In this document: positions 27,676 through 39,749 of the stretch, piece by piece
Layout: each line of letters begins with the position of its first letter
Numbering within the stretch: the first letter of the stretch is position 1
Origin: Paraspadella gotoi
Lineage: Eukaryota > Animalia > Chaetognatha
Direction: 5' to 3'
NCBI GenBank assembly: GCA_051294375.1
Contig: CM119270.1
Coordinates: forward strand, 6,875,279 to 6,939,278
DNA: 64,000 nucleotides
The notes under the pieces: model-generated
The model's input: the letters and a program-made list of their open reading frames with translations, nothing else
Databases searched by the model: none
Told to the model about the DNA's origin: nothing
Made by a program: the position numbers and the translations under genes

Positions 27676-28259
27676 CTCTCTTTCTCTTCTCTCTCTTTCT
27701 CTCCTTCTCCACTTAATCACAGAGAAAGTAGAAAAGTTTGGAAAAGAAAAAATTGTCAGAGTTCAACGAACGAGAACGATGGGAGAGAGAGAGAGGAGGA
27801 AGATTGTTATCGGCGACGGGGGCGAGAGGGGGAAAGGGAAGAAAAGAAAGGGAGGAAGGAAAGGGGGAAATAAAAAGGAAAGAGAGAGAAATGCAAGGGA
27901 TAAAGCGCCCTTCCACACGAGAGCCGTCTATGCTCGTCAGAAGAGAGAGAGGGATGGGGGGGATGAGTGAGGGAGGAGAGGAGAGAGGAGACAGAAGAGG
28001 ATGGAGGAGAGAGAGAGAGAGGAGAGAGAGGGGGAGATAAGGAGGAGAAGAAGAGGGAGAGAAGCTTGATTAATTAATTCTTTTTTGATAAATCGGGATT
28101 AAAATTATTACTTCTCTTTCTTTTCTCGTTCATGCTTATTGAATAGAGGGGAAGAGGAAGAGGAAGAGGGAGAGGGGAAGAAAAGGAGGGAAGAAGGAAA
28201 AGGAAAAAAGAAGAAAGATAAAGAAATATTATAAGCAGTTTGGAATCAGGGGTTAGTTA

Positions 28260-28366
<107 letters not shown>

Positions 28367-28456
28367 CGAAAGAAAACAGTCCATTCATCATTTCTTTTAT
28401 TTCTAATTCATCCCTCTTTTTGATCATCCATCTTTTTGTCATTTTCGTGATCATCT

Positions 28457-28500
<44 letters not shown>

Positions 28501-30239
28501 TTCTTACAAACGATAAACAAATCCTGAACGACTTTTTTTATTTCCCAATCATTTTAAATTTCGCATCCTTCACTCGGATGAAGAGGACGTTTTCCCTCTA
28601 AACTTTAACGCCCCCTTAATGTTCAAAACTAAACCTTAACGCCCCCCTTAATGCTTTAAACACCCCAAGGTTCCTTGAACCCCACCCCCCCCAGAGGTCA
28701 TGACCTCGATCTCCGATCCTCACTGTCCAAAGTCACGCCAAAAGTCGGCCCAAGTGTCCTCAGCGTAAGGTCAGTGGCTAAACAACCACCGGTTACCACG
28801 GTGGCCAGAGACATGACCCACGTGACCTAAAGCGTCCTCCATATCGCCCTATATAACCCTCACCTCTATCGATAAGCGAAACCCCCTCGACCTTACTCTC
28901 CTTCTTAGTCGCTTTCAATAACCTTACCTTACCTTCCCCTACCCTCGGCCGTCCCCCCAGAGGCGACTGACCTCGGAGTCGCGGAGATATGCTCACCTAA
29001 CCGCGAATTATTTCCGGTAAACAAAGGCAAAACATTGGCGACCTCATTGGCCGCCGGCGGTTCGGACGGAGAGGGAAGGGTAAGGAACTGTATAGCGGGA
29101 GATTGTGTGTGAGTGTGAGTGTGAGTGTGTGGTGATTCGTGATTGTGTGGGGAAGTGTGAGGTGTGAGGAAAGGGTGTGAAGAGTTTATCGTGTAAGCGA
29201 AGTGAGTCGCGGGATCAGAATCGGTTCATTGGTCAGGATTTTTCTTTCTGGCTGAGGATTTCAAAAATTTAGTGAGGTTTAAAAATTTTATTTGGATTCA
29301 AAGATTTGGTAACAGTTGGGTTATTATTTTAATTGTTAATTTTATACGAGTTTAAAATAAATTTTGTTTTGAATTATTGGCGAAGGTTTGTAAATCCTTT
29401 TTTTTTTGTAAAGAATCAAAACTTTGTACGAATTGAGAAAACGTTCGGATTTGGAAACTAAAACGAAATACAAAAATTTTGTTCGTTAACAAAAAACAAC
29501 TTTGTCATACATATGTAAAAACCTAAACGCAGGGAAATCAAAAGTCCCTACAAATAAAAACGAAAACGTGTAGACAATATAACTGTATAAAATTGAAATT
29601 ATGAAATAGAAATTTAAAAAGAATCGTACATTTTGATTTAATGGTTCAAATCGAACCACTCAACCGAGGCATTCACAAATCACAAATCACAATTTTTAGC
29701 TTTCACCTGCCCCCCTTACCTCTTCTCCTTTCCCTCCTTACCCTAATCCCTGTTCCTCACTTCCCCCCCCACTCCATATCTCTCCCCCTTCCCTCCCTCC
29801 CCCCCTCTCACCCCTCTCTTTTAAAAAAAAAAGCTGGCCTCATCGATGAAACCTGTTTCTCGCATTTTCAAGGCGACGACGAAATGTCAAGCCAAACGTT
29901 TTCCCCTTTCTGACCTTCGAGACTCCGTTTCAAATCTCCACTCGCATTTTCAACGAATTTTCCTTCTTCCTATTTTTTTTTTCACTTTTCTCACTTTTCT
30001 CACCACTTTTGCAAACATAAACTCTTGACCCCAATTTGGGTTTTTTTAGTGGGGTGGGGGGGCGGATTGGGTACTGGGTAGGGGAGGAAAGGGAAGAGAA
30101 GAAAAGGTTTTATGGGGGGGAGATAGGCAAATAAAAAAGGAGAAAGGAAAACGTCTCCTTTCTTAGTATTTCGTGAATGAGATATCGGATTTCCAAAAAA
30201 ATGTGAATTAGAATATATATTATATAATAATAAAAAATA

Positions 30240-30284
<45 letters not shown>

Positions 30285-30359
30285 TTGAAGACTTTTTCTT
30301 TAAAAGACAACGAGTCAACAAGTCATCAAAATGTCAAATAGTTTTATTTAAGAATATTA

Positions 30360-30689
30360 TCACCAGCGTCTCATATCTTTTTCCCAAACGTCACACACGG
30401 TGTGTCTCAAATCTTTAGGGATGCGAGGGGCAGAGAAAACTGGGCCTTTCAATTTGTTGAAGAATTGATTGTGTCTCGAGCTTTTTTTTTTCTCGTTTGT
30501 CTCTAAATTTATTAGTTCCAACGAAAAAGGCTGCAAATAGGTTTTGACTCGAATGCGCGTTTGTAAACACGTTTAAACTTTTGATGCAAAATCTCAGCAT
30601 TTTTTGCATCAGCTAACATTTCAGGAATGTATTCCGAGATATTTCATAATTTTCTCTATCTTTCTTTCTTTCTTTCTCTCTCTCTCTTC

Positions 30690-30722
<33 letters not shown>

Positions 30723-30728
30723 CTCTCT

Positions 30729-30778
<50 letters not shown>

Positions 30779-30793
30779 CTCCTCTCTCCTCTC

Positions 30794-30827
<34 letters not shown>

Positions 30828-31346
30828 CTCTCTCTCGCGCCTCACCTCCCTCCCCTCCCATCCTCTCCATCCACTCTTCTTCCACTTCTCTCGCGCCAAA
30901 CTCGACGAGCCTCTCCACGGCGTCGACGGCCGCCGCCTCCGCCGCCCAACCCGTCGCCGTCATCCCATGGCGCGTCGCGGCGTCGACTGGCGCGCCCCCT
31001 CGCGCCACGGCGTTGGGATTTTTAGGGCGGGATCTATGACGATGGCGGCTGAATGGATGGATTTATTGATTTATTGATTTATTTCTTTATTTCTTTATTT
31101 ATTTTATTTATTTCTTTATTTCTTTATTCTTTATTTATTTATTTATTATTATTTATTTATTTATTTTTATATTTATTTATTTATTTATATATAATTTTAT
31201 TTATATTTATTTATTATTTATTTATTATATTTTAACTATTTATTTATTTATTTATTTATTTTTATTTTTTTTTTTTTATTTATTTATTTATCTTATGTAT
31301 CTATTTATTTACTTCATTTATTTATTATTTATTTATTTATTTATTT

Positions 31347-31398
<52 letters not shown>

Positions 31399-33119
31399 TT
31401 AATATAATATAATCCAATTTTGCTCATTGATTCATTGATTGATTTATCGATTGACTGAATAGTCAAAATTCTGAGAAACGTAAATCACCTTACAAAACCG
31501 CCGAGTTTTATCTCCACAACGAAAACTAACAAACTCACTTACCCACGAGGAAACTCCCAAAAAAACTCACCCAGATGCAGCGGCGTGAATCGTTTCTCCG
31601 TGAGTCTGAAATCGACGCTCGCCCCAAAGTCGAGAAGGGCGAAGATTATCGCTTCCATGTCGACGAGATTTGCAAGGTTGAGAGCCAACCCTAAAAAGCA
31701 CGGCGATGAGAAAATTGAAGCAAGGAAGAGACGGATTGGGAAATATACTCAAATTGAAAAAAACTATAAAGACCGACAGACAGACGGGCAGAAAGATGGA
31801 GAGACAGACAGAAAGATAGGAAGACGGAGATACTAGCAAGAAAGTCAGGCGCACTGACAAATAGACTGGGAGAGATACAGAAAGACAGACTAACATACAG
31901 GCAAACAGACCAAGAAACAGCCAGGCAAACAGGCAGACAGACAGACAGACCGGCACGAAAAGAGACAAATACATGGACCGACTAAAACGTATCTCTCACC
32001 CAAAGGCGTCCATCCGCTCTTCGTAATGGGATCCACATCGCATCCCGACTTAAGAAGAAAAGCAACGATGTCGAAGTTGCTGCTTTCGACGGCTTTGTAG
32101 AGGGCGGTCTCGTCCTAGTGGAGCGGAAATACGGACGGTGGGTCATAGGAGTAGGCCATTAATCTAAAGATATTACTTAGTGGGTCGGACAAACGAAATG
32201 GGATCTCGACTGAGGTGAGCGGGATTACGTCTTCGAGTAGGTGGAGCGGATCGAAAAGTTGATCTTCCTGCAACTTCTACTTTACGTGGTTCGGCACAAT
32301 GCGTTGCGCACTACAATCGAATCTTTTCATGTCTTTTCTATGTATTTATATAATTAAAATCCTTTTTTCCATGCCTCACCTCCCCCCGCCCTTCACTAAC
32401 CTCGCAATTCCTCCCGTCGAGGTCGGCGCCAACTCGGACGAGCCACTCGACCATCTCCCGGTTCTTCTTCACGTAGATGGCGGAGATGAGCGGAGTGTTG
32501 AGATTGTGGGGATTGTGGAGGTTTGGGTCAGCTCCTTTGGAGGAAGAGGGGGGGGGGAATGGACGGAGGTCGTGGAGAGTTAATGGTTTTTGTTTGTTTG
32601 TTTGTTTGTTTTTTTTAATTCTCTTGTCAACTGTTTCCGCTCATAAAAAATAAAACTCAGAAAAAAAATAAAGAAAAGAAAAGAAAAGAAAAGAAAAGAA
32701 AAGAAAAGAAAAGAAAAGAAAAGAAAAGAAAAGGAAAAAAAGAAAAGAAAAGAAAAGAAATTAAGAAATAAAAAAAAACCGAGCGAACGAACTAAACAAA
32801 CAAACAAAAAAATCAACTAACGAACGGATCGAACCAACCAACGAACAAATTGTCTAATCTAACCAACCACAGAACAAACAAATTAACGAACGAACGAACA
32901 AAAGAACGAACCAACGAACGAAACCCTCGCATATTCCTCCATGATTTTTCACTCTTCAATGAATAACTAATGAATCGCGACGTAAACTTTAAAATATTCA
33001 CGACGTTTTTTTCTTTCTTTCTTTTTTTTTTCCCTCAGCGAAATAATGCGAAAGAGATTTTGATGGATGGATTAAAATGTTGAAGCTAAAAAATAAAAAA
33101 AAAATATTAAATAGTACGA

Positions 33120-33152
<33 letters not shown>

Positions 33153-35834
33153 ACGAGAATATTCATGAAAGAAATCAAATATGGACTTTAGTTTTTACGG
33201 TTGAAAAGATATCGAAGAAAATGTGGTTATTTTAATCCGTTCTGAAGTTAATTGTTTGACGACAATTTTCGTTTCATTTTTGTACGACGGAAAATGGGAA
33301 TTCGAATATCTGAACTTCATTTATTTAATTACATTTATTTATTTTCATTTATTTATATTTATTTATTCATATTTATTTATATTTATTTATATTTATTTAT
33401 ATTTATTTATATTTATATTTATTTATATTTATTTATATTTATTTATATTTGTTTATATTTATATTTATTTATTCATATTTATTTATATTTATTCATATTT
33501 ATTCATATTTATTTGCTATCGTTTCTTAATTACTTTTATTCACAAAGTCGCTCAGTCACCTGCTTCGGCCAACATCCGGGCGATCTCGAAATGTCCCGCC
33601 CGCAGCGCGAACGTCAGCGGCGTCTCTCCGTCTTTGTCGACGGCGTCGACGTTGGCGCCCGCGTCGAGAAGAATTCGCACGTCCGCCACCTGGTGGGGAG
33701 AGAAGGAAGTTTGATTTGTGCTTTTTGTCCTTTGTTTTTGTGCCTTTTTGTTTCGTCCTTACTTTTGTTGCCCATTTTCTTTTTTTAATTAATCTTAATT
33801 CATTTTTATTTAGTACCTACTTTTCTATTCGTTTCTTTCCTTTCTTCGTCTTTACCCTATTTATACATAAGTATGACGCCACCTACTTTTAAAAATCCTC
33901 TTCTCAACCTAAATCTCATTCCACTGATTTCTCCTTTCGCTCCACTATCGTTTTGCTCTCATTGCTCCTCTAAGCTCTAACTCACCTTCCACTTATAAAC
34001 GGCGTAGTGGAGCGGCGTCTGTCCTCCCGCGTCAAAAGCGACGGCGTCGACGGAGGCGCCTGTGGATGAAACCCGGTTCTCGCCTTAGTAATAGTATATA
34101 TTATTATCATTATTATATTATTATTATTATTTTATGATCAGTATACTTTCTTCGTTGATATATAATATTTTGGTATGTACCAATTTTATATATATATGCA
34201 TTCATAACCTAATTCATGACTTAAATCACCCGCCACCTCCAATCAAATCACTAATCATCCGCCACCTCCAATCAAATTTCTAATCACCAGCCACCTCCAA
34301 TCAAATCTCTAATCACCGCCATCGATTAACTAATCTCCAGCCACCTCCAATCAAATCACTAATCACCCGCCGCCACTAGCGCCCTCGTGATCTCGTGTTG
34401 GAATCCCGTGGTTCGAGTCGACAAGTGAAGCGGCGTCATTCCCGATCGAGAGGCGGCGTTCGCGTTGGCGCCTCTGAAGGAAGAAGAGGGAGGAAGGAGA
34501 AGAGAGGGAGGGAAGGCGGAAGTGGAGGAAGGAGGAAGTAGAGGAAGGAGGAGGAAGGGCGGAGGGAAGAATACAGGAAAATGGGAATACAGGGTGGAAA
34601 GGGAAAAGAAAGCAGTGAGAAGGGTGCAGAGGAGAAAGGGGACGGATAGGAGAAAAGGGAGGAGGAAAGTAGGGAAAGGAGGAAAGAGGGAAGGGAGGGA
34701 AAGAAGGATTAAAAATAGAAGAGATAGAAAAAAAAGTTTAAAAAAAACGTAAGAGAAGATTAAAAATGGTTTGAGTAGAGAAAAAGAAAATAAAATGGTT
34801 TTTCAGAATGAGGAGGCAATAGCAATTAGTCGTTGCGTCACTCCCGCAAAGGAATCATTTAGCTTAACCTGGTAGTATTTAAATATTAAATTTCTCAAGA
34901 CGATTATTCATACGACTTAATAAAAATTAGACAATTAAATCGGAAGGAGAAAAAAAAAGGATTAGTTTTTAAAGGCAATTGTGAGAGAGAAAAATAATCC
35001 CTCGCGTGCGTCTTTTGTTCAATGATGCAAATTTAATCTAATTCGATTCCATTTAATTTCTCATTTTTTTTTTCCTTCCGCGCTACATTTACATTCGGCT
35101 AAACAGGTAAGTAATATTATTTCTCGGTCGAGGAGGTTGAAATGGAAAGCTGGAAGAGGTTTAATTTTTATTATTCTATTAGGGGTAAAATGACAAAATT
35201 ATGACGTAATAAGACACAATAATAACGCAATAAATAATCTGGTGATTGTACAATAACAATATATCGACAGACAAAAAGTACAAATGACGACGGAAACATG
35301 ACAACAAATACGCGCAAACTTAACAATGTTACTTTTTCCTCTCAGTAATGTATAACTTTCTTCATATCAAAAAACATCTACCCAATCAAACTCACTCCAA
35401 CTCATCCCATCCCACCTCACCCTCACCCTCACCTGCGAATAAGCTCGTCCACCATGCCCACCACCCCCGCTCGCGCCGCGTAGTGCAGCGGCGTCTGCTG
35501 AGTCTTGTCTCCGACGTCGACGTCGGCGTCGTGGTGGAGGAGAGTGCTGAAGATGGAGGTGTGGCCGCCTTGGACGGCCTCGTGGAGGGGGTATGTCCCG
35601 TACCTGGAGAGGGGAGGGGAGTTGGAGAGAGAAAAGAATGAATGAATGAATGAATGAATGAATGAATGAATGAATGAATGAATGAATGAATGAATGAATG
35701 AATGAATGAATGAATGAATGAATGAATAAAAAAATTAGTTTTACCATTTCGGAATAATAAAGAATAAATATTACAAACTCGAGAAATTTATTTGAGTGTG
35801 GCAACTGATCAAGTCACCGACGAAACGAACACGC

Positions 35835-35890
<56 letters not shown>

Positions 35891-38187
35891 CGTTTTTATA
35901 TTTATTCGTACGGCCAAGTGGTCAATTCTTATTTTGTTAATGACTGTAGACTTAGCTTCTTCTGTTCCCGTTTTCTTCTGTTTTAACTCTGTTTTGTCTC
36001 CGTTTCTTACACTCGAATAAAATTCACTCTTGCTCTGAACTTCGTCTCGATCGTTGCCTCATGAGTACATTTCATGTTGCGAAACGATTTGTCGAATTCG
36101 GTTAATTTAAAAATATTTTGCTCAGAAGGGTAATCGTAAAAAGAGCCGCTCTACTCACTTTTCTTTCTTCATCGAGAAAAACAAAAGCAAAACAAACAAA
36201 ATCCAAACAACAACGACAACAATTCGAAAAACTAAAGTAAAATTCAAGCCCCGCTGCTTATTACGCCGTCAAGATCAGCAGCAGTATCCGCTGCAGCAAT
36301 CACGCATGGCGCAATCCCTCGTTCGACCGGAAATAGTCCGGCAATCAACTCCCTCTTTCCCCTCCGTCAAACCGCCGGATGTTTCCTCCGTTTCCGGCGA
36401 ATCCCTGCGTCTCGCGGGTCTTCTCGGCGCCAGAAAAACTCGGTCGCATTCCGTCGAAAAACTCGCCTCCACCAAAACTCCGCCATTGTCGGTTTCGAAG
36501 GAAAACTTGAGTGTGAGGGAATCTAAGTTAAAGATTCACATCGAAAGGTTAAATTGCGGGTATATGGGGGGAAAGGGGAGCAAAGGGTGGAAAGGCGGGC
36601 ATAGGGCCTAAAGGAGGGAGGAAAAGGGAAAGGCGGGCAGAGGGAGGAAAGGCGGGCATAGGGCCAAAAGACGAAAAGAAAGGGGAGAGGCGGGCAAAGG
36701 GTGCAAAAGCGGGCATAGGGCCAAAAGACGGAAAGAAAGGGAAAGGCGGGCAAGGGTGCAAAGCGGGCATAGGGACAAAAGACGGGAAGAGAGGGGAAAG
36801 GCGGGCAAAGGGTGCAAAAGCGGGCTTAGGGCCAAAAGACGGGAAGATAAGGGAAAGTCGGGAGTAGAGAAGAAAAGTGGGCATAGGCTCGGATACCCTG
36901 GACATTAGCGAGGGGCGTCTAATTTCTAAATGATACAAACACAATTTCTTTCGATCAACCAGTCACAAATTACAAAACCTGTGTTCTCTCTTTCCCTTTA
37001 AATCAAGGTTGTCTCCTTCTACCCTTGGCCTTCCCAATTACCATTCCAACGTTCTCGCCACCGACTACGCTCCCGTCGAATTCCAGCCGCTCCAATTCTT
37101 CGAACAACGCGGATTTTTACGGGGATTTCGACCCAGTCGCAATTCCTTCGAAATCCCGCCGGAGGCATCTCGGGCTTCGCGCTCGAAGAGGCTCGGGGCG
37201 AGCGGAGGATCCCAGATGTTGAACGCGGCTCGATTGCCCAAGGGGTCGGGGCAGACGAATCGAAGTCTGACGTCGGCGTCGTCGCGAGTCACGCATCGAC
37301 GATCGACGAAATATGACAACGATTTTTTCGAATATCATGACAGCGAGGAAGAGGAAGAAGAAGAAGAAGAAGAAGAAGAAAAAGACGAAGGCGTCAACGA
37401 TAACAAAAGCGTGGCCAATCTCAATCGACTCTTTTTGCCGTTGATGGAAAAGGATTCGGAATCTTATCTCGACACCCTCATCGCAAAATTGCAGAGAGAC
37501 AACGCGACAAAGTTGGGAGAATTTAAAACTATCGTATAATATTGTAAACATTATATCTTTAAACTTTCATTCGTACCCTTGGTCCGTCCAGACAAGTCAT
37601 TTCCCGCCTTGTCATCCTGGCGACGATTCGCGAGATTCAGCCTTTGGACGTAATGGACTTTAGCAAGCAAGTGCTGGCCGGGATCAAGCTTCATTGGCAA
37701 GCTCAACAGAGGCCATTCGACCCTTTGACGGGGACTTGTCTCGTTTATCCTCAACTCGTACTTTTTGTGGTCGAATCCACTCCTTCCATCGTTGTCGCTT
37801 ATTACGAAGCGATTAAGGTTACATCTCTCTCTCTCACACACTAGACGCCGCAGGGCAAATACCATTATCTGACTATGTTAAAAACTTTGCTGTACATAGA
37901 CTAAAAAGTATTATCCATGGAAATCATCTTTTTGATGATGCTATCAATCATATTGATTCTAAAACTATTTATACAAACATTTCGCCAATAGAAACACTGT
38001 TGGGATGGCATTACTTGCAAAGGGAAAAAATTTTAAATAAATTGTAAATTGTAAATTGGAAAGATTTCATGAAGAATGCCTGAATTCTTAGACTTAAATG
38101 TAAAGAAGTAGCTTTTTATGACCTATTGTTTTATTTTGAGCCTAAAGCCCCATTGAATAAATTCAACTTCAAATTCAAAATTCAAAA

Positions 38188-38230
<43 letters not shown>

Positions 38231-39676
38231 TGTTGTCATTATTATCGGAGATTTATCCGATTCAGCATCCCTTTTTCTCAACCAGGCAATGTCGACGATG
38301 AGAATCTCCGAAATTAAAAATTACCGCCCGGCCGGAAGAGAGGGCGCTCTGCCCGGCACGGCAAGGGACACGACCGCCGCCGGAGCTTCACTCGGCACGA
38401 TGGGGACCGGGACGATTCGCGGAACGAACGCGACGGGAAAAGTCAGAAGCACGACCGCCACTCGCAGCATCACTACGGGGATTATGAAGCGGGACATGCT
38501 CGGTCCACCGATAAGGATGGAACGCGACACGACGACGACGACGGCGACGTTGGCTACCGGAGCGACGCATGAGCCCGGCGTGACTTGGACGAAGGGCTCC
38601 GTCACTTCCTTCGATCCTCATCCGGTCGAGGCGATCCGCCTGGTCCATCTCTGCAACAACAGCAAGGGGCGCTGCTTTCCCGGTTGGGGATCGCGACAGT
38701 TGAGCGTGCCTCCCGCGGCGCCGAAGAATGTGGAGATCGAGAAGGCGACTTGGGCTCTCGTCGAGGGCGTCGTGGGGTGGGTACAGGAATGACCACGGAT
38801 TTAAAACGTTTGAAAAAAAAAATGGCCTTATTTATATTTAAAGTATAAACCATTTTTTTTCTTTTAGATTCTTTTCCTATTTTGTTTTTGTATTCGTCTC
38901 ATTATCTCCTAATTTGGTTATTGTATGGTATTTTGTATTTTGTATCTTTTTTTTTACCTTTATTTATCTTCGATTTTCACGACTCGCGAGTGGTCAGTTT
39001 CTCATCCATCCTTTCTCTTGATTGGCTTATTTTCCCGCTCCTTCCCCGCCTCCTTAAAAAAAGGTTCGGCAATCACTTGACGACGGAATCGATGCGCGCC
39101 GCCGGCGCCGACGTCCCCGCACCCGAGAAGCGACGCATCCTCCACGAGATGATGGACGTCAAATCGATCTCCAAACATATCCCCGGATACGAGATGCTGC
39201 TGGGTATCGCGATGGCGCCGGGGGCGCCGCGAAGGTTGGAAATAATCAGAAGAATTTTGTGATAATGTAGATAAGGCAGATAAAAGGACAAATGTCAAAT
39301 CCATTGGCGATATAAAATAACCGTTATCCACCGTCTTCCTTATGCCTTGCCTTGCCTTGCTGTGGTCGTTACTCCGAATGTACCGTTTTCTGCCATTGGT
39401 CATTAGTCAATGAAACCTACCTAGTATGGGGTAAGGGCCAAGTATTCTCTCGACATACCGGTACAGCTGCTACAACTTAAACAAAAGGCACGCGAGAAAT
39501 ATGTTTGTGTCAGAACCGGTTTCAATTTGAAAATAAAAAAAACCGGTTGATGTTGATTTCAGATTTCTTTGGTTAAGAGAAAGGTCATCCCAGCATACAT
39601 GCGTAATGCTTTGATTGTATTAGAGCTAATACATCGAGAAATACATTATAGTTAAAAATAAAATAAAATAAAATAA

Positions 39677-39749
<73 letters not shown>

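Noticed and set aside
32160-32310. Possible extra ankyrin-gene exon (EDQLFDPLHLLEDVIP...)
   Set aside because: The flanking exons already join in phase to give a continuous ankyrin repeat (DGRNCE/DETALYKAV); inclusion would break the frame.
34225-36890. Regularly spaced repeats as a possible CRISPR array
   Set aside because: Units are head-to-tail with no unique spacers, there are no cas genes, and the context is a eukaryotic intron.
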